From a virus, in the IMG/VR virus record IMGVR_UViG_3300027659_003120, positions 1 to 64,000 of that record: a stretch of 64,000 nucleotides of DNA. The stretch is one strand, 5' to 3'. Every line of letters starts with the position of its first letter. Position 1 is the first letter of the stretch. The position numbers and the translations under genes were made by a program. Below are positions 51,673-61,245 of the stretch, in pieces. The notes below the pieces were generated by a model, which saw only the letters and a list, made by a program, of their open reading frames with translations, made no database searches and was not told the origin of the DNA.

Positions 51673-52571
51673 CTAATCCTAAGTATCCAGTTTATATTAT
51701 ATCTAAAGGTCGGCATGAATCTATGTTGACTTCTCGGTCACTTGCTCGTATGAAGATTCCTCATTACATTGCAATTGAACCACAGGACTTAGAGAATTAT
51801 GAAAAAGCATTGGATGAATTTAATATTCGCCCATATGTAACATTATTAGTTGCGCCATTCAGCAATCACGGAGATGGTCCAGGTCGTGCTAGAAATTGGT
51901 GTTGGGACCATGCGATTGAAATTGGTACAGAAAAACATTGGGTACTAGATGACAACATTTCTGATTTCTACCGATTGAATCAGAACAAACGATATCGTGT
52001 TGAGTCTGGTGTTATTTTCAGAGCAGCCGAAGATTTTGTTGACCGCTTTGAGAATGTGCCAATCTCGGGCTTTCAGTATAGATTCTTCATTGCGCCAAAC
52101 TCTAAGTATCCACCTTTCGTAACAAACACACGAATCTATTCCTGTTTGTTAATCTCTAATGATTGTAAACATCGTTGGCGTGGTCGTTACAATGAAGACA
52201 CCGATATTTGTCTCCGTGTATTGAAAGATGGAGATTGCACTATTCAATTCAATGCATTCTTGCAAGGCAAAGCAGCAACACAAACAGTTAAAGGTGGTAA
52301 CACCGAAGAGTTTTACCATAAAGAATTTGCGGATGATGAAAACTTCAAGAAGACTGGTTATAACAGTAGCGGCACAATTAACAAATCACAGATGCTTGCT
52401 GATATGCATCCTGATGTTGCAAGAGTTGTTTGGCGTTATGGTCGTTGGCATCATTATGTAGACTACAATCCATTCAAAGTCAACAAACTAAAAATGAAGT
52501 CCAACATCGTAATTCCAGAAGGCAACAATGAATATGGAATGAAGTTGATTCATAACTGGAAAGCAGATTAA
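51669..52571 (+). CDS. GREB1/TET-associated (TAGT)-like glycosyltransferase
   Basis: YPVYIISKGR, ARNWCWDH, WVLDDNI, RIYSCLL, WRGRYNEDTD, KGGNT. Confidence 0.75.
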   Translation: MTNPKYPVYIISKGRHESMLTSRSLARMKIPHYIAIEPQDLENYEKALDEFNIRPYVTLLVAPFSNHGDGPGRARNWCWDHAIEIGTEKHWVLDDNISDFYRLNQNKRYRVESGVIFRAAEDFVDRFENVPISGFQYRFFIAPNSKYPPFVTNTRIYSCLLISNDCKHRWRGRYNEDTDICLRVLKDGDCTIQFNAFLQGKAATQTVKGGNTEEFYHKEFADDENFKKTGYNSSGTINKSQMLADMHPDVARVVWRYGRWHHYVDYNPFKVNKLKMKSNIVIPEGNNEYGMKLIHNWKAD

Positions 52572-53416
52572 TGAGTATCGTTGATGAAATAGGTAAAGAG
52601 AGTCTAAAGCGATATCTTGAAAACTGTGCTAAGGTTGCAGATATAGATATTGATGCAGCATTCAAAGTTACTTTGAATTGTATGAAGGCGCATGATGGTG
52701 CAATCATACCAGATGATGAAATGCGTCAAATGAAAGACCTTGAGAACAGATGGTATGCATCATTGGAAACAGGAACTCCTGACTATTCTGTTTACACTGA
52801 TGCTTATTATTTCTGTGAAGTTTGGATGTGCTGGTCAAAATATTCCAGAAGATATCTCAAAGAAATCAATGCACCAAAGTCTATGTTTGGTAAAAGTATA
52901 GTTGAATATATAGGTAATGTAGACAATGTGGTTGACTTAGGTTGCGGTTTCGGTTATACTACAGTTGGTATGAAAGAAATGTTTCCTAATTCCAATGTTT
53001 ATGGTACAAATCTAAAAGATAGTTACCAGTACAAGATGGCAACAGAGTTGGGCGACAAACATAATTTTAAAATCATTGAGAATCTTACACAAGTTGAAAA
53101 GCCAGGAACAAGCTTGTTTTTTGCTTCCGAATACTTTGAGCATTTTGACCGACCGATTGAGCATTTGATTGATGTAATTGAACAAGGCTCACCAACTTAT
53201 ATGTTGATTGCTAACACATTCAACGGAAAAGCCATCGGTCACTTCAATCAATACAAAGATGGTACCGAAGTGTATGATGGAAAACATATGGGAAGATTGT
53301 TCGCAAAAACACTCAGGAAATATGGTTATAAAACAGTTAATACCGCTTGTTGGAATAGTAGACCAGCTTTTTGGCAGAGAGAAAGTAGTTGTTTTTTAAC
53401 AACAGATATCAAATAA
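52571..53416 (+). CDS. Class I SAM-dependent methyltransferase-like protein
   Basis: VVDLGCGFG; SEYFEH. Confidence 0.7.
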   Translation: MSIVDEIGKESLKRYLENCAKVADIDIDAAFKVTLNCMKAHDGAIIPDDEMRQMKDLENRWYASLETGTPDYSVYTDAYYFCEVWMCWSKYSRRYLKEINAPKSMFGKSIVEYIGNVDNVVDLGCGFGYTTVGMKEMFPNSNVYGTNLKDSYQYKMATELGDKHNFKIIENLTQVEKPGTSLFFASEYFEHFDRPIEHLIDVIEQGSPTYMLIANTFNGKAIGHFNQYKDGTEVYDGKHMGRLFAKTLRKYGYKTVNTACWNSRPAFWQRESSCFLTTDIK

Positions 53417-53447
53417 TACTTGACAATCCCTGTGGTTGTGTTACAAT
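53388..53447 (+). promoter_or_regulatory. sigma70-like promoter with upstream GTTG-N8-CAAC palindrome
   Basis: GTTGttttttaaCAAC 53388-403; TTGACA 53420-16-TACAAT. Confidence 0.6.
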
Positions 53448-53472
53448 TCATTTATGAAATTTAGGAACACCT

Positions 53473-55752
53473 ATGGAATTCACTCAAGAATCTAAGACTC
53501 AACTAGCCAAACTGATGGCTACCGAGAATGTTACTGTAGAACACCGTAAGGTGCAAACTGCAACATTCAACCTAACTACCCGAATACTTACTCTTCCTAT
53601 ATGGAAAGATATGTCTGGTGATATGTATGACTTGCTGACAGGTCATGAAGTTGGTCACGCACTAGAAACACCAGAAGAAGGTTGGCATAATGCTTTAACT
53701 GGAACAGGGAAATTCAATAAAAATTACAAAAACTTCTTGAATGTTGTAGAAGATTCTCGCATTGAAAAGAAAATGAAACGGCGTTTTCCTGGATTAAAAC
53801 CAGCATTCATTCGTGCGTATAAACAATTAATAGAACAAGATTTTTTTGGCATTAAGAATTATGATATTAATGGATTGTCTTTTATTGACAGGCTGAACCT
53901 CTATACTAAAGCAGGAGTTTCATTAGGTATTAATTTTACTGATATAGAATTAAATTTGTTATCTGGCGTAGAAGCCTGTGAAACCTGGAATGATGTTCTA
54001 GAAATTACTGAATCTATTTACGAATATTCTAAGGATGAACAACAACAAAATCAAAAAGAAAAATATTACACATTGCAAAACACCGATTTTGATGAATCCG
54101 ATGAAGATTCAGACTCTGATTTTAAAGATGATTATGTTGAAACAGATGAGGATTTGGACGACAATAATGAATCTGAAGAAGATGGTGTAGATGAAGACGA
54201 ATCGGAAGAAGATTCATCAGACAATTATAATGAATTTTTACGGGAAAAAGAATCAAAATCCACAACAAGTGAAAATTTTGTACCGTCATGCGAAACTGAT
54301 GAGTTCTTTAGAAAAAACGAAGCCAAATTACTTTCTGAAAAATCTAAAGAATATGTTTATTTAAATATTCCTACTCCTAATTTATCTGAGATTATTACAC
54401 CACATAAAATAGTACATGATTTAATGCAAAAGTTTTGGAAAGACTATTATCATTTTAGACCATTATCTAATAGTTTTGGTATTATGCAAGATAAACTATT
54501 GAAGGAATTTAAAAGCAAAAACGAACAATATGTGTCTCTACTTGCAAAAGAATTTGAAATGCTTAAGGCTGCTAGAAAATTTGCTAAACAAAAAATTAGC
54601 GAAACTGGTGATATTGATGTTAATCGTATTTGCCGATACAAAATTGATGATAACATTTTTAAAAAATCAACATATGTACCTAACGGAAAATCACATGGGT
54701 TAATATTATTATTGGACCGTTCTGGTTCTATGTCTAGTAATTTACATGCATCTATTGAACAGGTTATGGTATTAGCTATGTTTTGCCGCAAAGTGAATAT
54801 TCCTTTTGTATTTTATGGTTTCGGCAATGAAGATAGTGGATTTGGGTATGACCACAATAGAAGCCCAGGTTCCTCTTTTTCTACTAATTCAAATGAAATA
54901 CGAATGTCTAATGTTTATCTAAGAGAATATTTAAATTCTCAAATGACTGCTACCGAATTTAATTGCGCCTTGAAAAACTTAATTACTTTATCTGAGGCAT
55001 TCGGTTCAAACAAACGTGGATTAGCTATTCCTTGCCCAAGAAGTGAGCATTTATCTAATACTCCTATGACCGAAGCATTGGTTGCATTAAGACCAATTTT
55101 AATGCAATTTAAGAAAAAACACAATATTGATATAGTTAATACTGTTATTATGCATGACGGCGATGCAGATTCTATCCGTACTTATCATACAACTAACACC
55201 AATTCTAAAGGAGAAAAATATCAAACTTATGCTCAATTTAGTACGATTCGTGATAATATTGTATTGAGAGATAAAAATAATAAATTTGAAGATATACTCA
55301 TTGAAGATAAACGAGAGTGTGAAATAAAAAAATCAATATTTAAATGGTATCGTAAAAGTACAGGCACTAAAATAATTGGTTTTTTTATTGCGGGAACTGG
55401 TAGTAGTTTGCGTAATGGAATACAAAATCGTTATTATGATGCTGATGGTAAAAGTTTTGCAGAACATAGATGGGTTGCAAATGATATGACTGCTTATGCT
55501 AAAACTAAAGAAAAAGTTAGAGAGTTGGCATCAAGAGTTAGAGTGGAAAAATTTCTAGAATCTAATAATGAAGGATATAATAAGTTTTTCATTATACCTG
55601 GCGGAGAAGATTTGCTTGTTGAAAATGAATCTCTTCAAATAACTGGTACAGTAACAGCAAGTAAGTTAAAAAGTGCATTCATTAAAATGAATAAAAGAAG
55701 ACAAATCAGTAGAGTTTTGGTCAATAGATTTATAAAAGAAATTGCCGTATGA
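53473..55752 (+). CDS. HExxH metallopeptidase-like + VWA (CobT-like) protein
   Basis: HEVGH; acidic linker; DRSGSMS MIDAS, TP and DG motifs. Confidence 0.8.
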   Translation: MEFTQESKTQLAKLMATENVTVEHRKVQTATFNLTTRILTLPIWKDMSGDMYDLLTGHEVGHALETPEEGWHNALTGTGKFNKNYKNFLNVVEDSRIEKKMKRRFPGLKPAFIRAYKQLIEQDFFGIKNYDINGLSFIDRLNLYTKAGVSLGINFTDIELNLLSGVEACETWNDVLEITESIYEYSKDEQQQNQKEKYYTLQNTDFDESDEDSDSDFKDDYVETDEDLDDNNESEEDGVDEDESEEDSSDNYNEFLREKESKSTTSENFVPSCETDEFFRKNEAKLLSEKSKEYVYLNIPTPNLSEIITPHKIVHDLMQKFWKDYYHFRPLSNSFGIMQDKLLKEFKSKNEQYVSLLAKEFEMLKAARKFAKQKISETGDIDVNRICRYKIDDNIFKKSTYVPNGKSHGLILLLDRSGSMSSNLHASIEQVMVLAMFCRKVNIPFVFYGFGNEDSGFGYDHNRSPGSSFSTNSNEIRMSNVYLREYLNSQMTATEFNCALKNLITLSEAFGSNKRGLAIPCPRSEHLSNTPMTEALVALRPILMQFKKKHNIDIVNTVIMHDGDADSIRTYHTTNTNSKGEKYQTYAQFSTIRDNIVLRDKNNKFEDILIEDKRECEIKKSIFKWYRKSTGTKIIGFFIAGTGSSLRNGIQNRYYDADGKSFAEHRWVANDMTAYAKTKEKVRELASRVRVEKFLESNNEGYNKFFIIPGGEDLLVENESLQITGTVTASKLKSAFIKMNKRRQISRVLVNRFIKEIAV

Positions 55753-55762
55753 ACTTTTAATA

Positions 55763-55815
55763 TGTTGTATATTTACAACAATATACTTGACAGAATAATT
55801 TTTCCGTGTTATAAT
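55763..55815 (+). promoter_or_regulatory. sigma70 promoter with upstream TGTTGTA-N4-TACAACA palindrome
   Basis: Palindrome 55763-80; TTGACA 55787-17-TATAAT. Confidence 0.8.
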
Positions 55816-55848
55816 GATATATTGATTAGTTGAAAAGGAATTTAAATT

Positions 55849-57003
55849 ATGCGTACTCCAAATATTACTTCTCGCCAAAAATTTATTACTCTTGCATTGT
55901 CAACTGGTAAGAATACTCTTACCCGACAAGAAATTAAATTTATTTGTGATGAAAATAAATTAGGATATCCTCAATGGTTTTTGAATGATACTGCTTACCG
56001 AAAATCTCGTGGTGTTTATTCCGTAAGTAATTTACAGAATACTTCCCAAACAGTCAATCTATCTGCTCAAGTTATACCTATGAAAAAAGTAGAAAGTGAA
56101 CCTATTATTAAAAATAAGATTTCTAATATTACTACAGATTTAGAAATTGGTGATTTGATTCCTAAAGTGTATAAGAATTATGTTCCTTTTGGAAATTTTG
56201 AAGACTTGTTATCTGTTGTTCAGAGTAAACAATTTTTTCCAATTTTTATTACTGGTCAATCTGGTAATGGAAAAACAATGTCGGTTGAACAAGCTTGCGC
56301 TAAAGCACAAAGAAAATTTGTATGTGTCAGCATGACGCCAGAAACCGATGAGGGCGACCTTTTAGGTAATTATGTTCTAATAAATGGACAAATGGAATGG
56401 CGTGATGGTCCTGTAACTACAGCGGCTCGTCAGGGTGCGGTATTGTGTATTGACGAAATTGATTACGGCGCACAAAATCTATCTTGTTTGCAAAGAATTT
56501 TAGAAGGCAAACCTTTTCTGCTAAAGAAAAAAGGTGAATTGATTTATCCTGAGAATGGTTTTACTGTTGTTGCTACAGCAAACACAAAGGGTAAAGGTTC
56601 TGAAGATGGGCGATATATGTTTACTAATGTATTGAATGAGGCTTTCCTAGAACGATTTTTGAATACATATGAGCAAGAATTTCCTCCTGTAGCAATTGAG
56701 AAAAGAATTATCAAAAAAGAATTGACTTCGGTTGGGCGCACCGACGATTCTTTTGCTGACAAACTAGTTGTTTGGGCTGATGTAATACGAAAAACATTCC
56801 TTGAAGGTGGTATTGACGAAATCATTTCTACCCGTAGACTTGTGCATATTTGTAAAACATATGGTGTATATGGTGATAAAATGAAATCTATTTCATTATG
56901 TCTAAATCGTTTTGATATGGATACCAAATTGTCTTTCCTAGATTTATATTCAAAACTAGAGAATCCAACAGTTGAACCAATTATGCCAATAATGCAAGAA
57001 TAA
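55849..57003 (+). CDS. MoxR/CobS-like AAA+ ATPase
   Basis: GQSGNGKT; IDEID; ATANTKG; NEAFLERF; STRRL. Confidence 0.9.
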   Translation: MRTPNITSRQKFITLALSTGKNTLTRQEIKFICDENKLGYPQWFLNDTAYRKSRGVYSVSNLQNTSQTVNLSAQVIPMKKVESEPIIKNKISNITTDLEIGDLIPKVYKNYVPFGNFEDLLSVVQSKQFFPIFITGQSGNGKTMSVEQACAKAQRKFVCVSMTPETDEGDLLGNYVLINGQMEWRDGPVTTAARQGAVLCIDEIDYGAQNLSCLQRILEGKPFLLKKKGELIYPENGFTVVATANTKGKGSEDGRYMFTNVLNEAFLERFLNTYEQEFPPVAIEKRIIKKELTSVGRTDDSFADKLVVWADVIRKTFLEGGIDEIISTRRLVHICKTYGVYGDKMKSISLCLNRFDMDTKLSFLDLYSKLENPTVEPIMPIMQE

Positions 57004-57027
57004 TTTAATCATTTACCATAAAAAGTA

Positions 57028-57056
57028 TTGACATATGTTTGTTTTTTTGCTATAAT
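57028..57056 (+). promoter_or_regulatory. Consensus sigma70 promoter
   Basis: TTGACA-17-TATAAT with TG extension. Confidence 0.85.
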
Positions 57057-57120
57057 GATGAATCTTGAGAAACACCACCTCTCAAGTGTCTTCTAAAGTG
57101 TGGTTTTTTTATGGATTTTT

Positions 57121-57402
57121 ATGTCTAAATTGAATGTTAAAGAAAAAATGCTTGCTGTTTTGAGCAAGTCTGAAGGTTACAATACCTTCACTGTGTCTCA
57201 AGCACAAGCCCGTTTCGGTATCACAAATGTGGCCGCACGGATTAATGAGTTGCGGGATGAAGGTAATGCTATTTACACCAACAGAAAAACTCTTTCTAAT
57301 GGTCGCAAAATTTCTTTCTATCGCCTCGGTACTCCTACAAAGAGTATGGTTGCAGAAGGAATTAAATCCCTGCGTTCTAAAGGTCAGAACATTTTTGCCT
57401 AA
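57121..57402 (+). CDS. Small basic winged-HTH-like protein
   Basis: ARFGITNVAARINELRDEG..I helix-turn-helix pattern. Confidence 0.65.
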   Translation: MSKLNVKEKMLAVLSKSEGYNTFTVSQAQARFGITNVAARINELRDEGNAIYTNRKTLSNGRKISFYRLGTPTKSMVAEGIKSLRSKGQNIFA

Positions 57403-57420
57403 TTTTTAGGTAACTTTTGT

Positions 57421-57459
57421 ATAAGTTGTGATATATAATAGTATCACAACTTATTTTTT
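57421..57459 (+). other. Perfect 13-bp inverted repeat with TATAAT in the loop (terminator and/or promoter)
   Basis: ataagttgtgata-tataatag-tatcacaacttat followed by a T-run. Confidence 0.7.
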
Positions 57460-57470
57460 ATGGATTAATT

Positions 57471-58286
57471 ATGGAAATAAAAATAAAATCGGAAGATATG
57501 AAGAAGAATAAACTCTTTGTGGCTACACCAATGTATGGTGGTATGGCACATGGAATGTATATGAAATCTTCTTTAGACCTTCAAGGAATAATGTCTAAGT
57601 ATGGAGTGGAAACTAGATTCTCATTTCTATTTAATGAATCATTAATAACAAGAGCAAGAAATTATTTAGTAGATGAATTTCTGCGTTCAGAATGTACTCA
57701 TTTACTATTCATAGATTCGGATATACATTACAACCCAGAAGATGTGGTTGCACTTTTGGCATTAGATAAAGATGTTATTGGTGGACCTTATCCTAAAAAA
57801 TCTATCAACTGGAACAATGTGGCACTCGGAGCCCGTAATCATCCAAATATGGCTCCACATGAATTAGAAGGTCTCGTTGGCGATTATGTATTTAATGTTG
57901 TTAAAGGCACTCAACAATTCACAGTGACTGAGCCTCTTGAAGTGATGGAAATTGGCACAGGCTATATGATGATTAAACGTAGTGTTTTTTCTGTTATGGA
58001 AACTGCATATCCACAATTGAGGTACAAACCAGACCATGTCGGTCAAGCACATTTTGATGGCAGTCGTTATATCCATGCATATTTTGATACGATTATTGAC
58101 ACATTAGATAGTGCAACTGGCGGTGGCTCTGACCGGTATCTTTCAGAGGATTATATGTTCTGTCAATTGTGGCGCAAAACTGGTGGGTCTATTTTTCTAT
58201 GCCCATGGATGAAAACACAACATATTGGCACATATCCATTTTCTGGCAATCTTTCTAAAATTGCAGAGTTAACTGGTAAATTGTAA
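57471..58286 (+). CDS. GT-A fold glycosyltransferase-like protein
   Basis: VATPMYGG, ESLITRARN, FIDSD, GTG, LSEDY.FC; related to 20804. Confidence 0.75.
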   Translation: MEIKIKSEDMKKNKLFVATPMYGGMAHGMYMKSSLDLQGIMSKYGVETRFSFLFNESLITRARNYLVDEFLRSECTHLLFIDSDIHYNPEDVVALLALDKDVIGGPYPKKSINWNNVALGARNHPNMAPHELEGLVGDYVFNVVKGTQQFTVTEPLEVMEIGTGYMMIKRSVFSVMETAYPQLRYKPDHVGQAHFDGSRYIHAYFDTIIDTLDSATGGGSDRYLSEDYMFCQLWRKTGGSIFLCPWMKTQHIGTYPFSGNLSKIAELTGKL

Positions 58287-58619
58287 ATGAACTTGGTTAA
58301 AATGTCTCAAAATTCTTCCACTGGTGGTCGTAAATTTGACGGCGATAAATTAGAATATGGATTAATTCCTCCATTAGCCCTGCAGGAAATGGTAAGAGTT
58401 TTAACTTTTGGATGCAAAAAATATGAAAGAGATAATTGGAAAAAAGTTCCTGAATCTAAACGAAGATATTTTGATGCATTAGAACGACACCTCTGGGCAT
58501 GGAAAATGGGTGAACAACTAGACCCAGAATCTGGTATGCATCACCTAGCACATGCTATGTGTTGTTTATCATTTTTATTTGAGCATGATGTTAAGTATTC
58601 TCTTGACAAAGCTGAATAA
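58287..58619 (+). CDS. dATP/dGTP diphosphohydrolase-like (DUF5664) protein
   Basis: KFDGDK; G..KY..DNW; DPESG.HHLAHA. Confidence 0.8.
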   Translation: MNLVKMSQNSSTGGRKFDGDKLEYGLIPPLALQEMVRVLTFGCKKYERDNWKKVPESKRRYFDALERHLWAWKMGEQLDPESGMHHLAHAMCCLSFLFEHDVKYSLDKAE

Positions 58620-58631
58620 ATGTTGTATAAT
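58603..58631 (+). promoter_or_regulatory. sigma70 promoter upstream of gp45
   Basis: TTGACA-17-TATAAT. Confidence 0.8.
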
Positions 58632-58651
58632 TAAATTTTTGAAAGTATATT

Positions 58652-59335
58652 ATGAAATTGTCTAAAGACACACTAACGGTATTAAAAAACTTTGCGACTA
58701 TCAATGATGGCATTATGTTTCGCAAAGGTAGTGTATTGCGTACTTGTGATGCACAAAAGCAAGTATTGGCTGAAACTACAATCGCAGAAACGATTGATGA
58801 AGATTTTGGTATCTATGACTTGAATAAATTTCTTGCAGTTCTAGGATTGCATGAAGATAATTCACAACTTCAAATTGATATGGCAACTAAATCGGCTATC
58901 ATCAATGACACCACTGGTCGTAGTAAAATCACATATCGTATTTGTGATTCAGTTATGATTAAAAATGTATTAGACAAATCTGTTAAGATGCCAGAACCAG
59001 AGGTAACTTTCACACTGAAACAAGAAGACCTTGAATTTATTTTGCGTTCTGCATCTATTCTTGCTACTCCTCACATTGCAGTAACGTCTGATGGAAATAA
59101 AGTTTTTGTATCTGCTCTTGATGACAAAAATACATCTACACATACCAATCAACTTGAGGTTGGAAATGGTAATCAAAAGAAATATAAAATGGTGTTCAAG
59201 ACTGAGAACATGAAAATGATTTCTGGTGTATATGAAGTTTCTATTTCATTTAAGGGTATTGCACATTTTAAAAATACTAAAAAACCATTACAGTATTGGA
59301 TTGCTACAGAACTCGGCTCAACAAACGAAGGTTGA
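58652..59335 (+). CDS. gp45: Sliding clamp gp45
   Basis: MKLSKDTL.VLKNFATIN; FGIYDLN.FL; Y.IA.E. Confidence 0.95.
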   Translation: MKLSKDTLTVLKNFATINDGIMFRKGSVLRTCDAQKQVLAETTIAETIDEDFGIYDLNKFLAVLGLHEDNSQLQIDMATKSAIINDTTGRSKITYRICDSVMIKNVLDKSVKMPEPEVTFTLKQEDLEFILRSASILATPHIAVTSDGNKVFVSALDDKNTSTHTNQLEVGNGNQKKYKMVFKTENMKMISGVYEVSISFKGIAHFKNTKKPLQYWIATELGSTNEG

Positions 59336-59364
59336 TTTTTTGATTTTTTTATTATGGAGTTTTT

Positions 59365-60297
59365 ATGCAACATTTATTGTGGACAGAATCACATCGTCCA
59401 AAAACAATTGAGGAGTGTATTTTACCTGAACGATTGAAAAAGCCGTTTCAGGAATATGTTAATACAAAGAAGATTCCACACTTGCTATTATCCGGTGGTG
59501 CAGGTGTAGGAAAAACAACAGTTGCGAAAGCAATGTGTAATCAGATTGATGCAGATTACATTATGATTAATGGTTCCGATGAATCGGGCATTGATGTTTT
59601 TCGTACTAAGATTAAGGACTTTGCATCGTCAATGTCCTTCACTGGCGGGCGTAAGGTTATTATCATTGATGAGGCTGATTATTTAAATCCAAACTCAACA
59701 CAACCTGCATTGCGTAATGCAATGGAAGAGTTTGCATCAAACTGTTCTTTTATTTTTACTTGCAATTTTAAAAATCGTATCATTGACCCATTACATAGCC
59801 GCTGTGCTGTGGTTGACTTTACTCTGAGAAATGAAGACAAGACAAAAATGGCGACTCAGTTTTTCAAGCGAATTCAATTAATATTACAAAGTGAAAAAGT
59901 TGAGTATGAAGATATGGTAATCGCTGAATTAATCAAAAAACATTTTCCCGACTTTCGGCGAATACTAAATGAGTTACAACGATACTCACAATTTGGTAAG
60001 ATTGATGTGGGCATTCTTACTCACATAGGTGAAGTATCAATTGCAGAAATCATTAAGCACCTAAAGAACAAAGATTTTGGTGCAATTCGTAAGTGGGTTG
60101 CTACTGCTGATTTTGATGCAGCAACCCTATATCGTAAACTATATGACAACCTTTATGATGTATTACAACCTCAGAGCATACCTCAAGCAGTTATCATTCT
60201 AGCAGATTATCAGTATAAGCAAGCATTTGTTGCCGATGTTGAAATCAATACTGTCGCATGTCTAACAGAAATTATGGTAAGTGTAGAGTTCAAATGA
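59365..60297 (+). CDS. gp44: Clamp loader large subunit gp44
   Basis: GVGKTT; IIDEAD; PLHSRC; FPDFRR. Confidence 0.95.
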   Translation: MQHLLWTESHRPKTIEECILPERLKKPFQEYVNTKKIPHLLLSGGAGVGKTTVAKAMCNQIDADYIMINGSDESGIDVFRTKIKDFASSMSFTGGRKVIIIDEADYLNPNSTQPALRNAMEEFASNCSFIFTCNFKNRIIDPLHSRCAVVDFTLRNEDKTKMATQFFKRIQLILQSEKVEYEDMVIAELIKKHFPDFRRILNELQRYSQFGKIDVGILTHIGEVSIAEIIKHLKNKDFGAIRKWVATADFDAATLYRKLYDNLYDVLQPQSIPQAVIILADYQYKQAFVADVEINTVACLTEIMVSVEFK

Positions 60298-60479
60298 AAG
60301 ATTATGAAGTACATCCTATTGGAACATTTACTGAGATTAAATTCTCAAGGGCGTTAGTTGATGCAATTGAACAGATTACACAACAGTATGGAAATGGTAT
60401 TGTGCCCAATTCTGTTTTCAATGCATACTGTAAATTAAAAACACATTATGATGTTCAACTTGAATCGGAAAATATATGA
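60294..60479 (+). CDS. Hypothetical protein
   Basis: ATGA overlaps at both ends. Confidence 0.55.
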   Translation: MKDYEVHPIGTFTEIKFSRALVDAIEQITQQYGNGIVPNSVFNAYCKLKTHYDVQLESENI

Positions 60480-60961
60480 TTAGAAATGTTTTTGGTGATT
60501 ATCAAATCACGGGCAAAGATTATGCCATAATAATCTTGAGAGAATTAATATTATCACAGTTTATTTCAATAACACCTAATCTTAAAACAGATAAGGGTGT
60601 TAATAGTGATAGATATATTAATGTAGCAGGATTTTATTTTATATACAACAATGAAGAATTGGTTTATATCGGTTACACAAATCATAGTATTCATGGAAGA
60701 ATTGGTAGATTTTTTGCAGGTGTTAGGGGCACCGAAAGGTATGATGAAAACCATCCCGCAGCCTATAAGTTTGTTGCAAAGTATGGATGTAAATGTGAAA
60801 ACGTGTTTTTAAAAATTATTCCTGTTGATTATAATTCATTATTGTCCGATATTACTATGACCGATATAGAAGATGAATTGATTCAATCTATGAAGCCCAC
60901 ATTAAATAATGAAATTTATAGAAATAGAGATGTGTTATCACATTCTTTTGAGTTGCAATGA
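60476..60961 (+). CDS. GIY-YIG-like nuclease domain protein
   Basis: GFY..YIG, downstream R, E and PxLN motifs. Confidence 0.6.
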   Translation: MIRNVFGDYQITGKDYAIIILRELILSQFISITPNLKTDKGVNSDRYINVAGFYFIYNNEELVYIGYTNHSIHGRIGRFFAGVRGTERYDENHPAAYKFVAKYGCKCENVFLKIIPVDYNSLLSDITMTDIEDELIQSMKPTLNNEIYRNRDVLSHSFELQ

Positions 60962-61245
60962 ATAAATTATTAAAGCCAACATTTGATTGGATTCGTGATG
61001 ATTTTAAATCTAACTCTTTTCGCTTTTGTATTGAGCTTTTGGCTTGGGCTATTAGCATCGGTTGCGCCATTACTATGGCAGCAACAGTCCCTAATCCGCC
61101 TCTGCTTATCTTGTATCCTATTTGGATTACTGGTTGCGCTCTCTACGCTTGGGCTGCTTTTACTAGGAAATCCTTTGGCATGTTGGCTAACTATATGCTA
61201 TTAGTTACGATTGATAGTGTAGGATTGATTAGAATGCTAACATGA
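60958..61245 (+). CDS. Small membrane protein
   Basis: Three hydrophobic segments; overlapped on both sides. Confidence 0.65.
   Translation: MNKLLKPTFDWIRDDFKSNSFRFCIELLAWAISIGCAITMAATVPNPPLLILYPIWITGCALYAWAAFTRKSFGMLANYMLLVTIDSVGLIRMLT

Noticed and set aside
53473-57003. cobS/cobT as cobalamin biosynthesis auxiliary genes
   Set aside because: Generic MoxR/VWA pair common in T4-like phages; no cobN or other cob genes here
58287-58619. Evidence for a 2-aminoadenine (Z) genome
   Set aside because: DUF5664 alone is insufficient; no purZ or datZ in the window
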